Source: Bugula neritina (lineage: Eukaryota > Animalia > Bryozoa). From it: a DNA stretch of 15,045 nucleotides. The translations under genes and the position numbers were made by a program. The notes under the pieces are model-generated. The model searched no databases and had not been told where the DNA came from. It saw only the letters and a list, made by a program, of their open reading frames with translations. The stretch's first letter is position 1. The number at the start of each line of letters is the position of its first letter. Where the stretch lies: assembly GCA_964035545.1 (NCBI GenBank), contig CAXIUT010000194.1:1-15045 (forward strand). Direction: 5' to 3'. This document shows, in pieces, positions 1 to 10,430 of this stretch.

Positions 1-75
1 CCCAACCCCAACCCCAACCCCAACCCCAACCCCAACCCCAACCCCAACCCCAACCCCAACCCCAACCCCAACCCC
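1..75 (+). repeat. Left telomere, (CCCCAA)n, C-rich strand
   Basis: Perfect array CCCAA+(CCCCAA)11+CCCC at the very start of the sequence. This is the T2G4 repeat known from oligohymenophorean ciliates. Confidence 0.98.
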
Positions 76-161
76 ATAGATATATTTGCATATAAAATAA
101 TTGTATTAGCAATGATGTAATAATATTCAAAATATAATATTTATATTTGATAACTATGCAA

Positions 162-701
162 TCACTGACTTTCTTCTTCTTTTTTCTTTTCCTCTTCATC
201 AACTATTTTCTTTATTTTACCAAATTTAACGAATTTGTCAACAGTTCGAAAAGCCACCCTTGTATCTTCATTCAATGATTTATAAAATACCATTTTATCC
301 ATATTGTACGATGAAACAGGTCCCACAATATCTTTATGCTCTTTATAGTACCAAACAGTCTTGTCTTTATCGAATTCACCTTAGTTCAATTGATAAAAAA
401 GAGCAAATGGACCAGGTTTATAATTCTTTTTCTTCTCTTATGCCACTTCTTTCTTTTATTCAGATTTTCCTATCAAAAGTATCTGCTTGTAGTCTTCTTT
501 TGATGACTTCTTCTTGAGGTCTGCCTTTGGTTCGATGTAAAAATCATTGGGATCGTAAAGAAATTCTGATAGATTTTATGGTTGTTGTGGTTTTTACTCG
601 AAAAGTCCATCGATTTTGATTTCAGGAGTGAGGAATTTAAGTCCTTAAAGTGGTGTCTAGACAAATCTAGTCAACAATTCAGAATATCCAAAGGAACTCA
701 T
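162..701 (-). CDS. GYF-like domain protein, 179 aa (TAA/TAG=Glu)
   Basis: ATG at 701 to TGA at 164-162 with no intron. The C-terminal half, TVWYYKEHKDIVGPVSSYNMDKMVFYKSLNEDTRV, resembles the GYF fold pattern WYY...GP.S...M. The GYF triplet itself is not retained. Confidence 0.75.
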
Positions 702-806
702 AAACTTGATAAATTTAATAAATATTCAACAATACAATAAAAACCTATCCAACTTAAACTACTTTCACAAAATAAACTAAAATTCTCCAAAATAATAAAG
801 CAAATA

Positions 807-1933
807 TCACATGGAATCAACTTTAGGTCCAAACATCATAGCACGATTTCTATCATACTGCTCCCCACTATAAACATGCGACAACCTCCTCTTCTAATTT
901 TCCCTCCAACTACTCTCCAACTACTTATTCTGCTTGATCGGCGGCAATACCAACGTCTTGCTCCACGACGCCTATCGAACCAACTAAGCCATATACTATT
1001 TAGTCCCCTTATAAATATCACGAACCAAATCGCTTTGAGCCAAATTCGATATCTTGCTCTTCGGCTATGAATTTATACGAATCGATTGATTCTTCACTGT
1101 CAATGACTTTATTGTGTGGTATTATTGCAATAAACACTGCTTCGAGACGGAATCCAGACAATGAGGCATGTCGATTGCTTTTGGGAGATAGCTAGATGAA
1201 GCCATTTACTATAGAATTGGAATAACGCCGCGTCTGAAATAATATCCCTGTTTTAGCAATTTTTTTAATAAACATATCCATTACCATCGATTGCCATTCT
1301 TTTTGATATTGATAGTATTTATCTATTTCTATATTTCACCCACCTACTTTCTCAGCTATTCTATTGTCTCTTTCAAAATGGCTATTTTACCTGTATTATC
1401 AGCCACGATCAACGTCTAAGACCTCTTCCCTTTTTTAGGTTTAACAGCCGATCCGTTCAAACTATTAGCCACTCTTTCCTGCCGAATCTACTCAAATAAA
1501 CAATGTATCTGCTTATATTTTTATTTAGAACTGCATTATAAACCTCTCAATATTTATGATAGTTGATGTTATCTACTCTTATTCTATTTCTTTAATTTAT
1601 GAAAACATTTCTAGTAACAATTCACCCTCTCGCTTTCCACCTTCGATTACACCTTATCAGTAGATGATTTGAATGCTGTCCAGAGGGTATCAATGTCGAT
1701 ATCTCTGTCTTCGTCTGGTAGAAGTGGTGTTGGTTAAGATACAGGTTGTTCTTAACGGTTATCTCGCTATAATGAACGTTATAGTTTACGGAAAACATCT
1801 GGGTCATTGTTTTTTAGATCGAAATCATATATTTTAGGGTTCTAGATAAGATTTCAAATACAAGGAATCGCAAGCTGAGTAATTTTTTTCTAGGAGCGAA
1901 TAGGTTTTTATGCGATGATTTTTCTATTTTCAT
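807..1933 (-). CDS. Hypothetical, partly coiled-coil protein, 368 aa, one 20-nt intron (1842-1861)
   Basis: ATG at 1933. Removing gtatttgaaatcttatctag gives a continuous TGA-free frame to TGA 809-807 (1107 nt). No family recognised. Confidence 0.75.
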
Positions 1934-2043
1934 TTACTTAGTAATAAAATTATACGACAATAGTTAATTAAAATCCAAACTATAACAAAATCAAATGATT
2001 AAATATGGATATAATAATCAAGATAAATAAATTTTTATTCAAT

Positions 2044-3133
2044 ATGGGTAACGATTCACGTCCATTACGTCTATTCTAGCCAAAGCTTTAATTCTATTCA
2101 TAGTTATCTCATAACCTTTATGGGAAATCGACTGTTTACACCTCTCGTAGTCTACCTATGACTTTTATTATTAAAATATAAAGGAATACTATCTACTCAA
2201 GATTGTACAATTTGTATCAAAAAATACAAAATCAATAAAGCTAGTCCCTATTGACTCTTTATGGATTCAAAATCAGTCGAGATTAGATGTGCTAGTGTTC
2301 TCTTGGCGATAAAACAGTAGAATATTGGTAGTACTTGCCCTACACTCTAGAAGAACATTTGAATGATCGCATCAAAAGACAAATCAAGTTTGCTAGTCAT
2401 GAGTTATGGCATGTTATTGAAGTCATTTTGGATACGTTGATGATAGTTTCACGGGTGGGTTTGATTTGGTAACTCTTGCCTTGGAATGTCCATATTGCTC
2501 CTGAAGGCAAGGCTAAGGGTAGTTGGATGGATTTGTAATGGGGAAATAGACATTTGAGTCTATATCGTTGTTAAAATGAATGGTGGTCGCCATAATAGCG
2601 ATGGGCATCTCAAGTTCGAGGTATATATCGTATTAATCAGAGAGGCAAGGATAGATCTAAACAAATGCAATATCTACAAATTAGGTCGATTACTTCTATC
2701 AACGATAATGCTATCTAATCATCCAGTTATCGACCAGAATAGCTACAATATGATCCATTCATACGATCAAAACATCGCATCGATCATTCTTAAATGCATG
2801 AGTTAGAATCCTAACATGCGGCCATCAGCTGAACAGTTGCATTACTAATATAAAAGGTATTTTAGTTCTGGATATGAATTGGTTGTCAGTGAGGGCCGCA
2901 GAGAAGATTTGAACGAGGTGATGAAACCTGAGAAAATATAAAAAAAGAAATAAAGTTGGTATCATCAAGAAGAAAGAGGAGATAAAGGACAAGAAGTAAG
3001 AAAAAGTTTAGATAGAATTCGAGGAAATGGCAGATAGACAAGAATGGAAACAGGTAACTAAAGTTATGATCAGAGACTTTAAGCTCTGAAAGATTATCGT
3101 CGTAATTTGGCCCTTTCACGCAAAGAAGGTTGA
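2044..3133 (+). CDS. Protein kinase-fold protein (probable pseudokinase), about 355 aa, one intron from 2621
   Basis: MGN start, hinge EYW(E)YLPYTL, APE-like WWSP(E) with TAA at 2593-2595, subdomain IX-like CNIYKLG, subdomain XI-like CMS(E)NPNMRPSA, TGA at 3131-3133. Keeping the frame needs a 22-nt intron (2621-2642, GAG acceptor) or a 2-nt sequence error after the CAG at 2638-2640. Confidence 0.8.
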
Positions 3134-3243
3134 AAATACATACAGATTATTCATTGTTTTTACTATTTGATTACATGTATTGCTAATATATCTATCTGAC
3201 AATAATTCAAATTTTATTTTATAATATACCTGAAATAATTTAA

Positions 3244-4006
3244 ATGCGAATTCGCTCTCTTTTGTCTGCCTCCTTCACAACCCAATCCCCTCTCTTAACC
3301 CGTCTAAAACACAAAATACCCAAAGAAGTCTAAATCGATGTCAGCCCAGGATTCCTAAGCATATTCTTCTAAAGAACAAAAAAGTACCCAATTATCTAAC
3401 CAGATCTCCAACATACATTTTACTTAAAGAACTATTCGTATATTTGAAGACATCGAATATCATCGAACATTAATTTCCTTTCTTGCGATCAGAATAACGA
3501 TTTTAAGAAAATTGGATGGCGTTGCACCTTCAACTTTTAAAATCAAGATTGGTAGTTATCACCTTAAAATAGAATTAATAAAAAAATGTGTCAGATGTTA
3601 TCAATCAGATGTAGCTATAGAAATTTGACTATAACGCACAGGCATATTTCTTCCCAGAATATGCCAATCATTTACATCCTCATATGCCCACCTATAACTT
3701 CTCTTCGCATTTCGCATAAGCCTATATCAAAAGGTTCAGGATCTTTTCTTAGCATTTTTCAGTTTATTAGCAACGTCCTTCTACTGAGGTGTTGCTGCCT
3801 TTGTTGAGAAAATTGGTATTTGAAAATAGAGTTGGACCCAATGATAGAGAATTAGAGAAGTTGGGAAGATACTATGTGGCACATGTATGTATTTTAGGAT
3901 GTAGAGACGATATTTAGGGATGTTGAACTGGTAGGAGTTGCTGCATTGTAAGGTGAGATGGGGATTTGGAGAAGATCGAGAAGTACTCGATTATTTGGGA
4001 AAATGA
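3244..4006 (+). CDS. Putative ubiquinol-cytochrome c chaperone (Cbp3/UQCC1-like), about 240 aa, 20-nt introns at 3384-3403 and 3885-3904
   Basis: Arg/Ser/Leu-rich N-terminus resembling a mitochondrial presequence (MRIRSLLSASFTTQSPLLTRLK). F(E)ENWMALHLQLLKSRL and LGRYYVAHRRYLGML...KVRWG recall Cbp3/UQCC1 motifs. Both introns are needed to avoid an in-frame TGA. Gene model is solid; the product call is moderate. Confidence 0.6.
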
Positions 4007-4130
4007 TTTTAACTATTTTGTGGTTTTTTAAGTTATTTTATTTATTTTATTCTTTGGAATGAGGTGAGATATAGTGAAAATTAGGTTTAGATTTAAAGTT
4101 ATGAATGATATGATTTGAATATAAATTATT

Positions 4131-5315
4131 ATGTAGTAATTGAAGACTCAAAACGGTTTATTGTTGCAATTAGTAAGCGGCCTCTAAAGTTAGATAAACT
4201 CAAAAAACAGATAAAATCAGATTCTATTCCAACAGTACGACCAGGTGGCTAAAGATAATAACCAACTAAGATCCCAACTTGATTCGGCCAGAACACGACT
4301 TAAATAATGTGAACTTCCTTTTAAAACAGGAGAAAGAGTGAGAGATTCTCCTAGAAATACAGAAATTTAAAGACTCAAAGAAGAAAATCAATAATTAGAA
4401 AGACGAATTAAAGAATTAGGATTGTAAGTTGAATAAAAAGGAGGACTGATTGTATTCTTATAAGAAAGATTAAAAAGAAAAGAAGAATAAAATAATATTT
4501 AATTAAAATAATAGAAACATCAAGATAATAATCAAGAAAATTAATAACTTGTAAAGAATATTAAGTAATTATAAGAATAATCTATCTATTTAAATGAATA
4601 TTACAAAACAGAATAAAAAAAACTAATATAAAAATACTAATCAATTCGATAACAATTTATTGAATAACACCGACAACAACAATAGATAATAGAAGTTTTA
4701 ACAAACAAAATATCAACTCTGTAATCATAAAAGAAACAACTTTAAATGAGACCCTAAGCAGTTGAATCTTAAAAAGTTAATGATACCAATGACAAGATGT
4801 TAATAGCTTTAGAAGAAGGACTCAAATAAAAACATGGAAGAGATAGCATAGAAGAATAATAATTGAGATAAAGCTAATAATATTCAAGAAAAGTTGAACA
4901 ATAAGTTATCTTATAGCTACAAGATACAGTACTTAAAGTAGAAAAGGGATATAATAATTAAATAATGGACTTAAGAAGATCGATCGCCTAATTATAAGCA
5001 TAAGTTCTTAACCTCAGAAAAATGCTATATATCGCTGATCCCAACGCTATCGACATAACAGAACTGGTTAGAGATACCTGTGCAGAAAATAAGATACAAT
5101 TTTATCGTTCTCCTTATCGCTCAGGATCTGGACATCCCATCTAGCCCGGATACTCAGGATCAAACAACCATAACAGTAGCTATATGAGTTAAAGATCAAA
5201 GTACAAAGCATATGAAGTTGGCGAGTTGAATTTGGGTGAGAAAATGATGGGTAGAAAATGTGGGATGGGCGCATTCGGCAGAAGCTAAGGATTCTAGTTT
5301 GCAAAAAGAGTATGA
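4131..5315 (+). CDS. Glu/Lys-rich coiled-coil hypothetical protein, 394 aa, intronless
   Basis: 1185-nt frame from ATG 4131 to TGA 5313-5315 with no internal TGA. Dozens of TAA/TAG codons are interspersed with GAA in heptad-like charged sequence. Confidence 0.85.
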
Positions 5316-5374
5316 AATGATGTTAATAGCTTATAATAGAATATATTAGTAATATATTTGATAAAATATAAAAG

Positions 5375-6840
5375 TCATGTAAGTATTTTTATAATTTATT
5401 TGGCAGATATACGTGAACTGGGACTATCTTATAGCATTCGTGGCAACAAAGCAAGTAATTTAGGATTAACCACAATTTTAACCTAATTAATATATTCTTT
5501 GACTCGTCTGACAGCCAACGATCTGAAATGTTTTTGTTTATTGGCGATATCTTGAACACTTTTTATTTTTATTCCCATCAAGCCTCGTCTAGAATGACTA
5601 GTTCCTTTAATTATACAATGGTTATATTCATAAATAGGAACTAACGTGATCAATTCAAACAGCAAACAACCTAGCGACCTATATATATACCAATGTACCA
5701 GATATCGCAAGATGAAATTCCACCTTTCTGCGACCATAGATGCTAATACGATTCCAAATCAACTGCTCTCAATAGCTACGGCGACAGATATTCAGGCATA
5801 ACAGTCCATTATGACTCTCTGAGCAGAGGCGGATGAGTAATGGAAAACTATTTATTTTGTATAATAGTTTTTTATCGAATAGATGCTGCCCCCCAATCCT
5901 CCAAAACAAACTATTTCTCCCCCATCCTCACCACATTATCCAAATGCATTTGATGACTTCCAACCCGTCCGTCTCCCCTATCGACCACCCTAGCCATAGA
6001 AACAACGATATCTACCAATTCTTAACTATCATTAGCAAACAAAGAATAGTAGTAATCAGTAGGATAGATAAGAAGAAGATCAGTATTACCTTTAGTTGTT
6101 CTGACTGTTTTTGACAATAAATATCGAAGAGATCTGATGACAGGATACTAAAAGGTAGTAGATGATAGTTGACGGTATAAGATGGTATATCCATATTTTT
6201 TAATTAGTTTTTAACGAATCAATCTAAAATCTCTATCACTCTCAAATATTCTAATTCTAGTTTTATTTTTATTAATTTTAGTACTCCTAGTATCAATTTA
6301 TTCCTGTATAAATATTTTAGAATCTATGATCGATTGATGACTCTCACCAAATAAACTACCATCACCCTCCTTCATCTGATTTCGCTTTACTTGATGCTCA
6401 CTTATCGGCCTTTTGATGAACTCACTTATCACTGGTAAATCATCATTAAATATTGAAGTATTTATTTGTTATATAGTCGATCTATACTTTATCCTGTTTT
6501 TTCTTTTATTGCCCTCACTACTAAACGCCTATTTCCGTGATATAGTCGGTGGCTGCGAACAATGATCTTTTATTTTAGGGGTCTATGATGATGTTTTGTT
6601 AGAAAAATAGTTGTCCACCATGTTCTTCATATATATCTTTCTTTTGTTCTTATTGAAATATATACTTAACTATTATTGATTGTTTACCTGATTGCTTTGT
6701 CGAACAGTATGACCCAAACTGCTATTACGATGATTGTTCAGACTTTGATTGCGGGTGTGGATTGGAGTTTTATGTTTTGTTGTTTGAGGGGAAAAGAAAG
6801 AAAATGCTGTCATTTGGGATGGGTTTATCGTGCGATTCAT
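5375..6840 (-). CDS. Protein kinase-fold protein (probable pseudokinase) with long low-complexity N-terminus, 481 aa, 20-nt intron 5679-5698
   Basis: Motifs HQMHLDNVV...FVLEDWG, PEYLSP(E)LL with TAG at 5776-5778, SCDIWSLGCLLFEL (reconstituted exactly by the intron), and ML(E)DSPSSRISAK(E). TGA at 5377-5375. Confidence 0.88.
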
Positions 6841-6993
6841 TCTTAATAATTTTAATATAAAATTGTTTATCTACTAAAAATAAATTATAAATCTTATTGT
6901 TTTATTGATTTTTAAGGATATTTCTGATGAATTAGATCTGGTTCTATCATACTAATAATTCTAATATAAAAATCTTGATAATTAAAATTATTG

Positions 6994-7548
6994 ATGCGTC
7001 GTCGTCCTTCATCAAAACCATTTTCTCCACCCAAGCAATTCATAAACAGCTATCATTTGAACTAAGTACCACTTCCTTACTATAATCCTCTGAGTGATCC
7101 TTATCTTAATGGATATTTCAACAATTCTAATGTCAATAGACATATCAAAAAACAAGGACTACTCTATAAACCTTAAAATTAGTATAAGTATTAAGAAAGA
7201 AGATTGACCAATTACAACAAATTCCTCAGAAATAATTCTGTCTATATCCCCCCATAAAATCTAAAAAATAAAGGACAAACATATTTTAGAGGAAAAACTG
7301 CCAGCTACATCGATCTCATGGAAGGCTCCACTCGTAGTCAATTCGCTAAAGGAATGTCCTAAGGCAACCTCTCTAGAAAAAATGATCTAAGATTGTCATT
7401 CGGTAAAGATTTGGAGTCATCGCAAAGACCAACCACTCACTCCTCATCCAGAAAAGGAGTCTATTCGATGTAAGGCAGAAGAGGACAAATATTCAAACGA
7501 TCAAGGAACTCTTCGAGAATCGATAACAGTGGAGAGATGATATTCTGA
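6994..7548 (+). CDS. Basic 184-aa protein with an ERICH3-N-like motif
   Basis: ATG 6994 to TGA 7546-7548. YNPLSDPYLNGYFNNSNVNRHIKKQGLL resembles the YNSLxDxHLxGYFNNxxxRRHLxxxGLI motif at the N-terminus of ERICH3-type proteins. Confidence 0.7.
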
Positions 7549-7639
7549 GCTTTATGGATTTTTATTTTTTAAAGCATAAGAATAAGTAGATTATCTATGA
7601 TTATTTATAGGTAATATGGATGAAAAGGTAGTGATCAAA

Positions 7640-8680
7640 TCATACGAAATCTTTGTTGAACATCTAGATCTTATACTACTGCTCAGCTAAAGGAGCTAAA
7701 CTCTTTGACTTCCTTTTTACGTTCTAAACATGCCACTACGATTTGAAATGTTGCCTTTGCTCATGAGCTGTACCGAAAATAGCAGTCTATCCACATGTTG
7801 AACACTTAATTACCTTTTCTTAAATTTTAGGTTATTATTTCTTTTTCCCTTTTTTCTATATTTTTTATTCCTCAACGACTTCTTAAACCTTTTCCGCACC
7901 TTCTAACAATTCCAAAGCACTAAATTGCTAACTTTCCAACCCTTTATTTTACTAATTAACAATAACACCTACTAACACCTCAATAACAACTTTATCTATC
8001 TTTTTACCAACCTGGTTGATCTATCTATATTTACTTGGTTAAATATTATAAATTCTAGTAATTTGTGTTCCTTTTTCTTATTATTTTTAATATTACTATA
8101 TTTACAATCCTTTAAGTTGTCCACTAAGATATTCTTAATATTTCTTATCAAAAGTTATTCTGATCTTCATCTATCCCCTTGATATTTTATATCGTTTTTG
8201 TAACATTTTGATGCATTATAAAGCCTGTTTCTTCTATGGCTGATCTGTCTTCAAAGGAAAATGAATATCTTTGATTGCCTGCTTGATATTTTAAGGAGTA
8301 AAACGACGTTTGGTTGTCGGATGCACACATTTCTCAACTATTATCTTCACTATATCCGCTAAAATATTAGATAAATGCACCTCCCTTTCCTTATCACTCA
8401 CCTGCAACTCCCCTCTCTATAAAATAATTTATATAATATCTTTCTTACTCTTATTGGGAAAGAACTTATTCAAATCCCCTTTCTTCGACAATGTCCCATG
8501 AGAAGCATTCTCGTATATTTCCTCTATCTGCAACACCTCAGATATATCTTCTTCTAGTCCATTTCGCCAATTGACTGCTTTATTTCTATAGCAAACTATC
8601 TAAAACATCTTATTGTTGATACGATAGCGAATGTATGCAACGTTAGTCTGCTTTATTTGAGTATTCGGTTGCTTCAACAT
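7640..8680 (-). CDS. SBDS: Ribosome maturation factor SBDS/Sdo1 with C-terminal C2H2 zinc finger, 346 aa
   Basis: QIKQTNVAYIRY...KMF(E)IVCYRNKAVNWRNG.EEDISEVLQ, GELQVSDKER, KCVHPTTKRRF, KKQAL(E)CIK. The C-terminus carries CSTC...HFKS(E)WHV(E)NVKRK. TGA at 7642-7640. Confidence 0.96.
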
Positions 8681-8766
8681 CTGAAATTCTTTTATTATAT
8701 AATCATATAGCGATATTAATAGACTCCCTTTACGAGTAAATCTGATAAAACAAACAACAATATCGA

Positions 8767-9349
8767 TCATTCCTGCATACTAGCCAATATATACTCATCA
8801 ATAGCTGCTATCACTAACATCTGGTAATCTGAATAATAGGTATCATACTCAATTCTATCTGAATTTCGATGACTTTGCATCTCAACTTGCTCTCTTTATC
8901 TATCTTTATCCCCTAGTTAAAAACATACACGTTCTCATTCATGCGATACTCATACCCAGCATCTGGCATTCTGATCTTCGGAATATGCACCTGCGCATGT
9001 CCCACCTTCCCCTTGATCCAGTCCTCGCCGATCTCAGTAACAATGATATCAATGATATCATTTTTTTATGCTAAATTGAAAGAGAAGTACCTTTGAATGA
9101 AATGGCACTGAAAGTCACTTGTACTACACATCCATGGTTTTATATTTTAGGGACGTCTATTTTGATGCCTGCACTTGATTTGAGAGACGGGAATTTTACT
9201 ACTTGCAAGATATATCCGTATTATGGCAGGCAGCGGCCTTCTACTTTTTCTTTGAGCTTTTTTAAGATTTCTTAATCGTTTTGGAGTCGGTCCATGTTAT
9301 AGTGCGAGAAGAGGAGTTCTGTTTTGAGGTTGTGATTGAGATAGAACAT
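8767..9349 (-). CDS. RPB7: RNA polymerase subunit RPB7-family protein, about 180 aa, 20-nt introns at 9071-9090 and 8829-8848
   Basis: MFYL start, KLKEKVEGRCLP(E)YGYILQV (cf. VEGTC.GKYGF.IAV), VTFSAISFK...DIIDIIVTEI, and an S1/OB-like C-terminal half ending KLRCKVI. The last exon is less certain. Confidence 0.8.
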
Positions 9350-9417
9350 GGAGACACTATTTTGATTATTATATTCAAAATCAACTTTATATTCAAATAG
9401 ATAAATTGACATTGATA

Positions 9418-10365
9418 TCATACACCTGATTCTTATTTTACCTATTATATCTATACACCGAAACATTGGTAAAATCTGTTTATCAACTCTTTGAATCTAT
9501 CTTTCTTTCCGGCCAAAAACTCTTTCTACTATCCTTGCACGCCTTGTAACTCAAGCATATAATAAACCACCTCAGCTAATAACCGTTATGATAGAATTCT
9601 TGATAACCAAACAATCAATATCTTATTTAACAACTCAACTCCTAAATATTATCAAGATTGTACCTTGTTAATGGATTTGGTAAGTAGCTCTTTTGCTATT
9701 ATTTGTGGTAAATTTAAAAATACTAGTAAAATTGTATGAGTCCAGATGGTCAGTAAAGAGATGACTTTCGATTGGATCGTAAAATTATGGCAGATCATTT
9801 TGAGTAACCAAACGATTGAATGTTTTCAAAGCTAAAAGATACTAGAAATTAGTATGAGTAAGTTCTTAGGATTATCCCAGCCAATGTTAAACGATAGAAA
9901 TAGCAGTTTCTAACCTTTCTATTGGATTTTAGACATAGACAATAAGTTCTTACATTTTTTTTGTTCTCAAAGTTCCTATATATATCATGTTATACCTAGA
10001 AACTATACAAGTTAGTTTTATCTTTTCATGGTTTAAATTTGAGTTTAATCTTTAGTTTAATCTTTTTTGATTCTGGGTCTTCCTCTATTTTTGGATGGAC
10101 CTTCGAAAGGTTTATTATTATGAATTGAATTCTAAGGAAATTCACCACCATGTGATTTCTTGCAATGATTATAAAATGCAGTATAAGAATGATAAAATTT
10201 ACCACAAGAAAATTCACCACATTTGTAAAGATCATTCTTCGATTATTTCTTACCTAAAATACCCATCAAAATACCTTTCGGCTACATATCAGAATAATCA
10301 ACCCGTCGCTTCTGATCTAGAGAGTCATCAGATCCCCCACGATTATTATTCACGTTTTTAGGCAT
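9418..10365 (-). CDS. C2H2 zinc-finger / AT-hook putative DNA-binding protein, about 295-300 aa
   Basis: YKCGEFSCGKFYHSYTAFYNHCKKSH followed by KNRGRPR. Introns 9976-9995 (20 nt) and 9642-9663 (22 nt) are required. 10254-10274 (21 nt, in frame) is optional. TGA at 9420-9418. Confidence 0.85.
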
Positions 10366-10430
10366 GATATTATGGAATTATAAAATGAATGATAAATCTA
10401 ATGATTTAAAGGTTGTAGCTTATAAGCAAA

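Noticed and set aside
3552-3572. Possible additional 21-nt in-frame intron (similar candidates near 7952-7972, and an 18-nt one near 6670-6687)
   Set aside because: Stop-free and frame-neutral, so they cannot be supported without transcript data. Not counted among the required introns.
5928-6194. Small hydrophobic membrane-protein ORF on the minus strand
   Set aside because: It overlaps the kinase gene in another frame, and the kinase frame carries the recognisable motifs.
8681-8770. ATGA stop/start overlap giving an RPB7-SBDS coupled or fused ORF (ATG at 8770 is in frame with SBDS)
   Set aside because: Thirty codons without TGA is common by chance when TGA is the only stop. SBDS homology begins at ATG 8680.
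9400-10045. Long plus-strand frame with a single TGA (possible read-through or selenocysteine)
   Set aside because: It is antisense to the zinc-finger/AT-hook gene, has no recognisable motifs, and long shadow frames are expected in a one-stop code.
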